A stretch of 64,000 nt of DNA from contig JANQIO010000236.1 of NCBI GenBank assembly GCA_028282105.1, forward strand, positions 14,571 to 78,570, given 5' to 3'. Shown here piece after piece: positions 1 to 11,033 of the stretch. The notes beneath the pieces are model-generated. The model made no database searches. It was not told where the DNA came from and was given only the letters and a program-made list of their open reading frames with translations. The position numbers were made by a program, and so were the translations under genes. The stretch comes from Halieaceae bacterium. Lineage in GTDB: Bacteria; Pseudomonadota; Gammaproteobacteria; Pseudomonadales; Halieaceae. Numbering within the stretch: the stretch's first letter is position 1; each line of letters opens with the position of its first letter.

Positions 1-82
1 AGTGTCATTCTCGAACAGGCGAATGGACTGGTGCTCCCCTTTGCTCCGTATCTCAGGATTTAGGGTGTCAGTGTTGTGGGCT

Positions 83-1057
83 TCAGGCTGCATAGCTGTC
101 TATACCGGAGTCGTTCCCGGCCGAACTGGCCGAGGCGGTGGTTTTTTGTTTATCCCAGAGTCGCTTTGAGGCGAACCAGTCCTGCGGGTTCTGGCGAATC
201 CAGGCTTCGAAATGTTGATGCAATTGCCTCGTCAAATCCAGCGCCTGTTCGTTTTCGCTGCCATCGCTGTCCCGAGGCTTGATGGGCTCGTGGAAAATGA
301 CCCTGAAGCGGGCATCCTGCAGGCGTTCGACGTGCACCGGCACCATTTCGCAGCCCTGTTTGAGTGCCAGCTTGGCGGGCATTAGTGTCGAAAGCTTGGG
401 CTTGTCGAACAGCGGTATCGGGCTGCCCTCATCCACCCGGCGGTCCATCACGACACCCATCGAACTGCCTTTGCGCAGGGTTCGCACCATCAGGCGCGCG
501 GCCTTGTCGCGAGGCAAGAGTTCGCAGCCCAGGGCACGCCGGCTGCCCGCCAGCATCGCATCCAGGAAGGGGTTGGTGGGGGGTGAATACAGGCAGGCAT
601 TGGGTATGTCGAGACGCGCCATGGCGGAGCCTATGACCTCCCAGTTGCTAAGGTGTGCGGTGACCATCACGCAGGGCCGCGTCAGGTCGGGCGCGCGCAC
701 AATAACCTCGAGCCGATCTGCCTCGCCCTGAATCGTGGCGAGGTGGGGGTATTCCGCCAATACCCGGCCTGCCGCGCCCCAGGCTTCGACAGTTAGCCGG
801 TCAAGGCTTTCGTCGTCCAGTTCCGGGAAAGCGGTGGCAAAATTCTCTCGGTAAATCGCTGACTTTCGCTTCATACGCGGGCCGATCCAGCGCCCGACCC
901 GGCACCCCAGCCGCGAGGCAAAATCCACTGGCAGCAAGGTAAACAGCTTCACCAGCACCCACACCAGGGCAAAATCCACGCGCCACAGGGCGCGCTGCAG
1001 GCGTGGGTGCCGGCGCGCGACCTTGCGCAGGGGGCTGCCGATGATGAATTCAGCCAT
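83..1057 (-). CDS. LpxL/HtrB-family late acyltransferase-like protein (lipid A biosynthesis acyltransferase fold)
   Basis: 324-aa ORF. N-terminal hydrophobic anchor (VDFALVWVLVKLFTLLP), HX4E-type acyltransferase motif HLSNWE, and overall layout of LpxL/HtrB/LpxM enzymes. The acceptor lipid cannot be determined from sequence. Confidence 0.72.
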   Translation of the reverse strand: MAEFIIGSPLRKVARRHPRLQRALWRVDFALVWVLVKLFTLLPVDFASRLGCRVGRWIGPRMKRKSAIYRENFATAFPELDDESLDRLTVEAWGAAGRVLAEYPHLATIQGEADRLEVIVRAPDLTRPCVMVTAHLSNWEVIGSAMARLDIPNACLYSPPTNPFLDAMLAGSRRALGCELLPRDKAARLMVRTLRKGSSMGVVMDRRVDEGSPIPLFDKPKLSTLMPAKLALKQGCEMVPVHVERLQDARFRVIFHEPIKPRDSDGSENEQALDLTRQLHQHFEAWIRQNPQDWFASKRLWDKQKTTASASSAGNDSGIDSYAA

Positions 1058-1144
1058 TTACTCTAGAAAACTGGAAAAAAATCAAGCGCTTATTATAGCG
1101 AAAGCGCATCGCTAGCGGGCCTGGAATTTCGTGTCCTTTTCACA

Positions 1145-2068
1145 TCACGGCGGCGATTCTTGCAGGCTTGAGAGACCATCGTGCAGGCCGATACGCGGCG
1201 CCCAGCCGATGTGTTCGGTAATGGCGAGGTTGTCGGTCACCCAGTTGTCGAAGCGAAGTTCCCGCAGCTTGGGCGGGCTCAGCATTACCGCACTGCCAGT
1301 CAGCCGTCCGAGGCCGAGGCTGGCGGCGGCCACCGCGTTGAGCACACCGGTGGGGATGGGCCATAGCCGCACCCTGCGGCCGTAGACGGCACCGGCAATG
1401 GTGGCCATCTCCTGCCAGTCATAGCCACCACTTTTGCCATCCCCCAGCTCAAACACCTGGCCGGCGGCGGCCGGGCTGAGCAGGCAGGCCTCGATGGCGC
1501 GCACCAGGTCGTCTACATGCAGCAGGGAGGTGCGCGCCTCCACCTGGCCGGGCACCAGTGCGATTCCGCGCGCCATCCAGTCGAAGATGGCCCGCATCTC
1601 CTCGTCACCGGGGCCGTAGATAGCCGGCGGCCTCAATACAACCCAGTCCAGCGCGCTGGCCTTGGCGCGGTCTTCTCCGGCGCGTTTACTGGCGGCATAC
1701 CAGGACAGCTGCGGTTCCCTGGCCGCCAGCGAAGATATCTGCAGGAAGCGGGCACCGGGCGCAACGCGTGTGGCTGCCTCTACCACTGCCGCCGTACCCA
1801 GGTCATTGGCGGCCATGAATTCCGCTGCACTGTTGCCGCGCACCACACCGGCGAGATGCACGACGGCATCGGCGTCTTGCAGGAGCGCATCGAGTGTGTG
1901 CGGGGATTGCAGAGATCCCGCTACGGTTGCCACGGGTTCCGGGAGTTGGGCGGCCTTCTGCTGGCTGCGTACCAGAGCGCGCAGCTTCCAGCCCTGCGTG
2001 AGCAGGTAGGCGCTGAGACGTTTTCCTATGAAGCCTGTCGCGCCGGTCAGCGCGACCAGTTTGCCCAC
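1145..2068 (-). CDS. NAD(P)-dependent epimerase/dehydratase-family SDR; candidate 3-keto reductase (CerR-like) by context
   Basis: 307 aa with N-terminal Rossmann loop LTGATGFIGKRL. Lies 8 nt downstream of the acyl-AMP ligase gene on the same strand. The reductase role is inferred from neighbours only. Confidence 0.7.
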   Translation of the reverse strand: MGKLVALTGATGFIGKRLSAYLLTQGWKLRALVRSQQKAAQLPEPVATVAGSLQSPHTLDALLQDADAVVHLAGVVRGNSAAEFMAANDLGTAAVVEAATRVAPGARFLQISSLAAREPQLSWYAASKRAGEDRAKASALDWVVLRPPAIYGPGDEEMRAIFDWMARGIALVPGQVEARTSLLHVDDLVRAIEACLLSPAAAGQVFELGDGKSGGYDWQEMATIAGAVYGRRVRLWPIPTGVLNAVAAASLGLGRLTGSAVMLSPPKLRELRFDNWVTDNLAITEHIGWAPRIGLHDGLSSLQESPP

Positions 2069-2076
2069 GGCGCGGC

Positions 2077-3846
2077 TTAGGCGGTGGCTACTCTCAGGCG
2101 CACTTCCTCGGCGACTGCGTTCAGGCGTTCATCGTCATGTGCGGCGATAAAGTCCTGCCGGGCCTTGGAGCGAGACAGCTTGCCTGAGGAGGTGCGTGGC
2201 AGGGAGTGCGGAGCTACCAGTTCGACGTAGCAGTCGAGGCTCAGTTCCATGCGTACCAGAGCGGTCAGGCGACGCACCAGGTTGTTGCGCTTGTTGGGAT
2301 CTGTTTCACGGCACTGAACGACCAGCACGCAGAGCTCATCGCCCTCATGGTCGGGCGCTGAGAAGGCCAGCGCGTCCCCGACCCGCACTTCGGGCTGGGT
2401 CTCGGCGATGTGCTCCAGGTCCTGCGGCCAGATATTGCGACCGTGGATGATGATCAGGTCTTTCTTGCGACCGGTGATGGTGATGATGCCATCAGCCAGG
2501 TAGCCGATGTCGCCGGTGTTGAGCCAGCCATCCTCACAGAGGGCGTGATTGGTCTCCTCCGGCAGGCCGAAGTAGCCGGACATCACGCTGGGGCCGCGCA
2601 GGTAGATAACACCGCTGTGCCAGTCTGCCAGCGCCTTGCCGTCGTCGTCGCGCACCTCCACCTCAAAACCGGGCAAGGGGTAGCCACAGTTGACGAAGTG
2701 GCGGCCACGGCCGCTGTTTTCGGATTCTTCCAGCAGTACCGCTTCGTGGTGGTCTGCCAGGTGATCGCTGTCGATATGGTGGGTGGTGAAGCCGGTGTCG
2801 AGCGGCGAGAAGCTGATACCCAGCGTGCACTCCGCCATGCCGTAACAGGCCAGGAAGGCGCAGCGGTCGAAGCCCGCCGGCTCCAGCATGTCAGCAAAGT
2901 GTTCCAGGGTCTGCGGGCGAATCATCTCGGCACCGATACCGGCCACGCGCCAACTGCTGAGGTCATACTGCTCGATGTCGCCCGGGCGTACCCGGCGGGC
3001 GCAGAGGTCATAGCCGAAGGACGGCGCAAAGGAAATGGTGGCCTGCGTCTTGGTCATCAGGTTCAGCCACTGCCGCGGGCGCATGGCGAACTCACGGGTG
3101 TCCAGGTAGTCGATTGAGACCTGAGCTGACATCGGCACCAGCACAAAGCCCACCAGTCCCATGTCATGGTAGTAGGGCAACCAGGACATCATGCGATCTT
3201 TGCCGCTCATTGCCAGGCCCTGCATGATGGCCTGCAGGTTGGCCATGGCTGTGCGGTGTTCGATCACCACACCGCGCGGGAAGCGCGTGCTGCCCGAGGT
3301 GTACTGGATGTAGGCGATGTCGGTGGGCTTCACCTCCGGCAGCGCCAGGCCGGTATCCGGCAGCGCGTGGAAAGCTTCTGGCTCTTCCACCATGCGGATG
3401 TTGAGATCTTCGCTGGCTTCTTGCAGGAAGGGCAGGTAGCCCTCGGAAGCGACTCCGATGGCCGCGTCGCTGGCTTCCAGCAGCCGCTGCAACTGGGCCA
3501 CGTAGGCGCTGTGGGCCCCAACCTTCACCGAGGCCGGCAGGGCAACGGGGATCAGGCCGGCGTACTGGCAGGCGTAGAAGAAGCGAATAAATTCGGGGTC
3601 GGTCTCGGCGACCAGTGCGACGCGGTCACCTTTGTGCAGGCCGAGGCCCAGCAGCTTGCGGGCCAGTACCTGAGACTGCTGGCGCAGCTCGCGATAGGGG
3701 ATGCTGGCATAGATCTCGCCGCGACCGGTATAGAAATTGGAGCCGGTATCGCCCTGGGATGCGTAGTCCAGTGCCTCGGTCAGCGTGTCGAAATCTGCCG
3801 CGCGAAAGGCCAGGTCGTGGTTCGTCGGCGTAGCGTTAGGTTGCAA
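2077..3846 (-). CDS. Fatty acyl-AMP ligase / acyl-ACP synthetase-type adenylating enzyme
   Basis: 589 aa. Adenylation motifs YIQYTSGSTRFPRGVVIEH, CYGMAECTLG, WLNTGDIGY and SSGKLSRSK. Length and N-terminus are typical of FAAL-type enzymes. Confidence 0.85.
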   Translation of the reverse strand: MQPNATPTNHDLAFRAADFDTLTEALDYASQGDTGSNFYTGRGEIYASIPYRELRQQSQVLARKLLGLGLHKGDRVALVAETDPEFIRFFYACQYAGLIPVALPASVKVGAHSAYVAQLQRLLEASDAAIGVASEGYLPFLQEASEDLNIRMVEEPEAFHALPDTGLALPEVKPTDIAYIQYTSGSTRFPRGVVIEHRTAMANLQAIMQGLAMSGKDRMMSWLPYYHDMGLVGFVLVPMSAQVSIDYLDTREFAMRPRQWLNLMTKTQATISFAPSFGYDLCARRVRPGDIEQYDLSSWRVAGIGAEMIRPQTLEHFADMLEPAGFDRCAFLACYGMAECTLGISFSPLDTGFTTHHIDSDHLADHHEAVLLEESENSGRGRHFVNCGYPLPGFEVEVRDDDGKALADWHSGVIYLRGPSVMSGYFGLPEETNHALCEDGWLNTGDIGYLADGIITITGRKKDLIIIHGRNIWPQDLEHIAETQPEVRVGDALAFSAPDHEGDELCVLVVQCRETDPNKRNNLVRRLTALVRMELSLDCYVELVAPHSLPRTSSGKLSRSKARQDFIAAHDDERLNAVAEEVRLRVATA

Positions 3847-4462
3847 AAATGAATCCCCCTCATTTTTGGCGGATCTCCCGCCGACGCGCTGTCTATGTTT
3901 GAGCCGATGCCTTACAAGATCGACGCGTTACAAAATCAACAAAGCCCCCAACCCGCACTCCGGAACCTCTGCCGGACGAGTTGAAGACCAAATTCCTGCC
4001 CCCACGTGGTCTTATGCGCTGCTGTCGTTGCATCAGCCCGGGTTGTGTCAGCCCAGGTTGCACCGGCCTTCTCTGTTGCCGGTTCACAGTGACTGCTTCA
4101 TGGAAAAGCCGCTGTGTACAACCACTTGCGCCATGCTCTCAGGCCTTTTTTTATTTTCACCCGATACGTGAAAATGGTAGCACCGAAAACACTGTAACTT
4201 ATAGGTAATAATACCAATCGAAGCGGTCGTATTGATCCCTAAATTGAGGGATTGCTGCGGCCAATCGTCTAACTACGGGTGTGTGCGTCATACAGACCAC
4301 CCGAAGCCGGCTGTAAAGTGTCCGTATTCGCTCCGTCACAGGCCGCAACTATATGTTATTTAAGCGCTTTTAACCATAGTTCGAGAGTTTTGGCGGGGCG
4401 GCACGACTCCCTGCCCGGGGTGGGCCGGCGAAACCCGGGGAAAATGGCGGTGCTGGCGACGC

Positions 4463-4978
4463 TCAATCGATCCGCTGGTAGTAGCCGTCGAACCAGACCT
4501 GCCAGTCGCCCTGGGAGTCTTTCTCCTCAAACAGCTGGCGCACCCGTCCGTCTTCCAACGGCGTCCACTGACCGCGGAATTTTGCCGTCTTGAAACTACC
4601 CAGGTAGAAGATCTTGCCGCGCATCACCATGGCGCCCTTTTTCAGTTCCCCGGAGGTGCGAATGATCGATGTGCCGTTGTCTATCCACTGCTGGTGCCAC
4701 TTACCATCCGAGGGGTTGTAGTAGTTGATGCTGGAACCACTGAATCCCTGCCCGGTGTCGTACTGCTCGAACAGCATGCAGCCATTCTCGCGCTTGCTGA
4801 TGGTGTTGCGCCCGTAGAGTGTCTTGCCGGCCTTGTCGGTGACCGCCCAGTTGCCCAGCCAGAAGTCGAATTGGCGGTGTTTTTCACTGCTTTCACAGTC
4901 AAAGGCGGGGGTTTGCTGGCCTGCCGCGGGCATGGCGAGGGACAGCAGGACGGTGAATAACAGGATATCTGGTTTCAT
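4463..4978 (-). CDS. Secreted hypothetical protein
   Basis: ORF track gives 4463..5071. Trimmed to the ATG at 4978, where a signal peptide starts (MKPDILLFTVLLSLAMPAAGQQ). No family recognised. Confidence 0.55.
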   Translation of the reverse strand: MKPDILLFTVLLSLAMPAAGQQTPAFDCESSEKHRQFDFWLGNWAVTDKAGKTLYGRNTISKRENGCMLFEQYDTGQGFSGSSINYYNPSDGKWHQQWIDNGTSIIRTSGELKKGAMVMRGKIFYLGSFKTAKFRGQWTPLEDGRVRQLFEEKDSQGDWQVWFDGYYQRID

Positions 4979-5213
4979 GGTAAGCGGCCCTTCTGTGTTG
5001 TCAGGCTGTGTATGGCAGGGTGCCTCGCTACAGTATAAATCCTCGCTGCCGGCAGCAGTGCAGATATCCATGCGCTATCGACTCACTCGCCAGTCTGGTG
5101 CTATGCCGCAACTCCCTGTTATTTAAGCTCTTTTCGGTCATGTTGTTTGGTCAATGCCTGAATCGGGGCTATACTGCGCGCCCCACGCCCGGCAGAGACC
5201 AAGCAGACACTTC

Positions 5214-6356
5214 ATGAACGGCCCATCCGCGGCACCTATCAGCCTGGAAACGCTGGAGTCCCCGGCGCAGCTCAATGATTTCCTGGCGCTGCCCCACCGG
5301 CTCTATGCCGATGACCCGGCCTGGATTGCGCCCCTGAGCTTTGAGCAACGCCAGCGTTTCTCGCCAAAAAACCACTTTTTCCAGCACGCCCGCTGGCGCG
5401 GCTGGGTGGCCCGCCGCGAGGGGGTCGCCGTCGGCCGCATCACCGCCCAGATCGACGAACTCCACCAGACCCAGCACGGTGACAGGATCGGCTACTTCGG
5501 CATGATTGAGGCCGAGGATGACCCCCAGGTATTCGCGGCGCTGTTCGAGGCGGCCGAGACCTGGCTGCGCCAGGAGGGCATGCGGCAGGTTCGCGGTCCC
5601 CTGAACCTGCACATCAACGAGGAAGTCGGCTTGCTGGTGGATGGCTTTGACAAGCCGCCCTTTGTGCTGATGGGGCATGCGCAACCCTGCTACGGAGAAC
5701 GGATTGAGGGTCAGGGCTATGTCGGTGCCCGCGACTTGCTGGCGTACCACATTCGCCCCGACTTCGATGCGCCCAGGGTGATGACCAAACTGGCCGAGCG
5801 GGTCTCGGACAGGGTGACTGTGCGGGCGCTGGACCGCGCGCGTATCGATGCCGAGGCAGACATGATGCGCGAGATATTTAACGACGCCTGGCAGAACAAC
5901 TGGGGCTTTGTGCCCCTGGATCCCGCGGGCTGGGCTGACACAGTGAAAACGCTGACCAGGATCATGCCGGATGAGTACATCCAGGTCGCCGAGTATGACG
6001 GCGAAGCTGTGGCCTTTATCGTTGCGCTTCCCAACCTCAACGAGGCCGCCAGGGATTTGCGCGGCAGACTGTTGCCGTTCGGCTGGCTCAAGCTGTTGTG
6101 GCGTCTGAAGGTCGGGCATCCTCGCACGGCCAGGGTCCCGTTGATGGGCGTCAAGCAGGCATTCCAGCATTCGCGCCTGGGTCCGACACTGGCCTTCATG
6201 GTCATAGACGCGGTACGCAAGGCGCTACACGCCCGCGGTGTCGAGGACGTCGAGATGGGCTGGATACTTGAGGACAACGACGGGATGCGCAATATTATCG
6301 AAACCATCGGCGGACAGGCGTACAAGCGCTACCGCGTGTACGAAAAACCGCTCTAG
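5214..6356 (+). CDS. GNAT-like acyltransferase of about 380 aa; candidate bacterial ceramide synthase (bCerS-like) by context
   Basis: ORF track gives 5154..6356; the ATG at 5214 (MNGPSAAPISLE) is preferred. Acyl-CoA N-acyltransferase-like blocks FNDAWQNNWGFVPL and VAEYDGEAVAFIVALPN. The bCerS role is inferred from the adjacent spt/ACP/FAAL/SDR genes. Confidence 0.55.
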   Translation: MNGPSAAPISLETLESPAQLNDFLALPHRLYADDPAWIAPLSFEQRQRFSPKNHFFQHARWRGWVARREGVAVGRITAQIDELHQTQHGDRIGYFGMIEAEDDPQVFAALFEAAETWLRQEGMRQVRGPLNLHINEEVGLLVDGFDKPPFVLMGHAQPCYGERIEGQGYVGARDLLAYHIRPDFDAPRVMTKLAERVSDRVTVRALDRARIDAEADMMREIFNDAWQNNWGFVPLDPAGWADTVKTLTRIMPDEYIQVAEYDGEAVAFIVALPNLNEAARDLRGRLLPFGWLKLLWRLKVGHPRTARVPLMGVKQAFQHSRLGPTLAFMVIDAVRKALHARGVEDVEMGWILEDNDGMRNIIETIGGQAYKRYRVYEKPL

Positions 6357-6365
6357 GAACCCCGC

Positions 6366-7184
6366 ATGCAACTGGACCCCGAATCTCACCAGATGACCGC
6401 CATTGTGCTGGCGGGCGATCGCAGCAAGGCCGATTCCCTGGTCAATGAATCACCCGCGGGCTGCAAGGCGCTGATCGATATCGACGGCACGCCGATGGTG
6501 CGCCGTGTGCTGGATTCACTGCTGGCTTCCAAGGTGGTGTCCGCCATCACCATGGCCGGGCCGCAGGCGGACGAACTGGCGACTGACGCTGGTATCACCG
6601 CCCTGGTGGAATCCGGCCAGGTGAGTTGGCGGGCGCCTGAGTCCAGCCCCTCAACCAGCGCCTACCAGACCATGCAGACGGTCGACGCCGACCAGCCTAT
6701 CTTGCTGACCACAGCAGACCACCCGCTACTAACGCCGGAGATTGTCGATGCTTTCGGACGTCAGAGTCTGGCGGATGATGTCGACGTCGCAGTGGGGCTG
6801 GCGCCCCATGCTCTGGTTACCGAGGCCTACCCGGGCATCAAGAAGACCGTGTTGCGATTCGCCGATGGCGAATTCTGTGGCTGCAACCTGTTCGCCTTTC
6901 TCACGCCGGAGGGTCGGCGCGCGGCAAACTTCTGGCGCAAGATCGAACAGGAGCGCAAGAAGCCGCTACTGGTTATCGGCTTGCTGGGCTGGTGGGCGGT
7001 CATCCGCTATCGCCTGGGCCTGCTGCCGCTGGAAGATGCTCTGGCGAAACTTTCCAAGCGCCTGGGTCTGCGCATGCGGGCAGTGATCCTGCCCTATGCC
7101 AATGCGGCCATCGATGTGGACTCCATTGCCGACCTGATGCTGGTAAAAGGCTCCCTGGAAAAAGCTGTAGACAGGGACGCTTAG
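6366..7184 (+). CDS. MobA-like NTP-transferase-fold nucleotidyltransferase
   Basis: 272 aa. Glycine-rich N-terminal loop AIVLAGDRSK and LLTTADHPLL block. Alternative start ATG at 6393. The stop codon TAG (7182-7184) lies inside the first unit of the 14-bp tandem repeat. Confidence 0.6.
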   Translation: MQLDPESHQMTAIVLAGDRSKADSLVNESPAGCKALIDIDGTPMVRRVLDSLLASKVVSAITMAGPQADELATDAGITALVESGQVSWRAPESSPSTSAYQTMQTVDADQPILLTTADHPLLTPEIVDAFGRQSLADDVDVAVGLAPHALVTEAYPGIKKTVLRFADGEFCGCNLFAFLTPEGRRAANFWRKIEQERKKPLLVIGLLGWWAVIRYRLGLLPLEDALAKLSKRLGLRMRAVILPYANAAIDVDSIADLMLVKGSLEKAVDRDA

Positions 7185-7269
7185 TCAGGGACGTTTAGTC
7201 AGGGACGCTTAGTCAGGGACGCTTAGTCAGGGACGCTTAGTCAGGGACGCTTAGTCAGGAACACTTAGC
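7172..7269. repeat. Tandem repeat, 14-bp unit cagggacgcttagt, about 7 copies (last copy degenerate)
   Basis: Read directly. Units begin at 7172, 7186, 7200, 7214, 7228, 7242 and 7256. Four copies are identical, one has a c-to-t change, and the last is caggaacacttagc. The array fills the whole gap between two convergent genes and contains both of their stop codons. Confidence 0.95.
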
Positions 7270-8194
7270 CAGCGACCCCGGAGTCTAACCCCGGCTGGTG
7301 ACGCCTCGGCAGCACCAGCGTTTCGTCACCGGCCGCCTCAAAACCTTGCCGGTCCGCTCGCAGCCGGCGGTACGCCACGTTCAGTTGCCAGCCCTTGTCG
7401 CCTCGCTCCACCCGGTAGCGGTTGTAGGCAGCCATATCAGCTCCATACAGGCCCATGGCCGAGGCGGAGGGCACGGCGACCACCGGGATGTCGCCGTCCC
7501 GTCCGGGCAGCTGGTCCCGCCGTGCCCGATGCCCGTGGCCATGCAGCACCAGTTCAGCGCCGTGGGCAGCCAGCACTGCGGCAACAGCATCAGCGTTGCG
7601 CAAGGCCTTGCGCCATTTCTCCACACCCTGAACCGGTGAGTGGTGGATATAGACCACGCGGAACTTGCCGCGGGTTTCGTCCAGTAGCGCTGCCAGGGCA
7701 TTTAGCTGCGCAGCATCCACCCTGCCACTGGCCATCAGCGGCGGTGTGGGCAGTGCACTGGACAGGCCGATGAAGGCCAGCTCACCGCGCTGGCGCAGGC
7801 TTGGAAAGCCCGCTTCCCGCCCTGGGTCCGGTGCCATATAGTCGCGCCACAGATCGAAGGTGTGGCGCGGCTCATCCCTGACCAGGGCGTCGTGATTGCC
7901 CGGCGTTACGGCGACGCGGTCGGCGGGCCCTAGCTGTTGCAGCCACTGCTGCGCCTGGCGAAACTCCTCCGGCAGACCGGTGTGGGTCAGATCGCCGGTG
8001 ACCAAGAGCTGGTCGAGCTCTGCGCCTGCAATGTCTTCAGCCAGCGCATCCAGCACTTCCCGGCGGTGTTCGAAGCGCCGCTTGCGGCGCCAGGACAGGT
8101 AGCTGAGCAGCCGCTTGCTCAGCAGCTGTGATGCCTTTACGCCCCCCAGGTCTGAGAGGTGTGGGTCGGAAAGCTGCGCAAACTGTTGCGCCAT
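7265..8194 (-). CDS. Calcineurin-like metallophosphoesterase
   Basis: 309 aa. Metal-binding motifs in canonical order: LSDPHL, GDLTHTG, GNHD, IHHSP, GHGH. Confidence 0.8.
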   Translation of the reverse strand: MAQQFAQLSDPHLSDLGGVKASQLLSKRLLSYLSWRRKRRFEHRREVLDALAEDIAGAELDQLLVTGDLTHTGLPEEFRQAQQWLQQLGPADRVAVTPGNHDALVRDEPRHTFDLWRDYMAPDPGREAGFPSLRQRGELAFIGLSSALPTPPLMASGRVDAAQLNALAALLDETRGKFRVVYIHHSPVQGVEKWRKALRNADAVAAVLAAHGAELVLHGHGHRARRDQLPGRDGDIPVVAVPSASAMGLYGADMAAYNRYRVERGDKGWQLNVAYRRLRADRQGFEAAGDETLVLPRRHQPGLDSGVAG

Positions 8195-8217
8195 GCGAAG
8201 GCGTCTCCGGCTGGTGT

Positions 8218-10670
<2,453 letters not shown>

Positions 10671-10714
10671 CTGTCACACCCTGTCGTGTTTGCTGGGGCG
10701 CCTGCCGGTCGCGA

Positions 10715-10957
10715 TCAGGGATTCAGGTCCCTGACTTTCTGGGCCAGTTCACCGATGGTGTTGACGTCGGGGAGGATGTTGAGGGGAATGGAGATGTCGA
10801 AGTGGTCTTCGATCTTCTCGATGAATTCCATCACTTCCAGTGAGCTGAGGCCGATGTCCGCCACGAGGTCGGTGGTCTCGGTCAGCTCAACGTTTTTTTT
10901 GTTGAGTGACGCGAGTGCGCCGTACATGAATTCAAGGTATTCGCGGTAGTCGGCCAT
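10715..10957 (-). CDS. Dedicated acyl carrier protein
   Basis: 80 aa, acidic. Phosphopantetheine attachment context DIGLSSLEVMEF. Sits 44 nt upstream of the spt-like gene. Confidence 0.85.
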   Translation of the reverse strand: MADYREYLEFMYGALASLNKKNVELTETTDLVADIGLSSLEVMEFIEKIEDHFDISIPLNILPDVNTIGELAQKVRDLNP

Positions 10958-11033
10958 CCTGCCTGTGCCCTTGCGCCGCTTCTGGCAAGTCGCTAGATTT
11001 CGAAGCCGGAACTATACCCACGGAACATCCTCA

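Noticed and set aside
1-82. Possible gene fragment at the left edge of the window
   Set aside because: It is too short, and there is no recognisable motif on either strand that would support a call.
3785-4593. Plus-strand ORFs 3785..4171, 3981..4208 and 4279..4593 in the long spacer
   Set aside because: They have no motifs, they overlap one another or the neighbouring genes, and their composition is Cys/Arg/Pro-rich. They are most likely non-coding spacer.
5169-6170. 333-aa ORF antisense to the GNAT-like gene. Similar long antisense ORFs occur at 16312..17469, 36455..37870, 47805..48902, 55508..56749 and 61035..62474.
   Set aside because: These are typical shadow ORFs of GC-rich DNA. Each lies entirely opposite a gene with strong family motifs. 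Their translations are Arg/Gly/His/Gln-rich and of low complexity, and none shows a recognisable motif.
7172-7269. The tandem 14-bp repeat as a possible CRISPR array
   Set aside because: The units are contiguous with no spacers. The unit is far shorter than a CRISPR repeat, and no cas genes are present.
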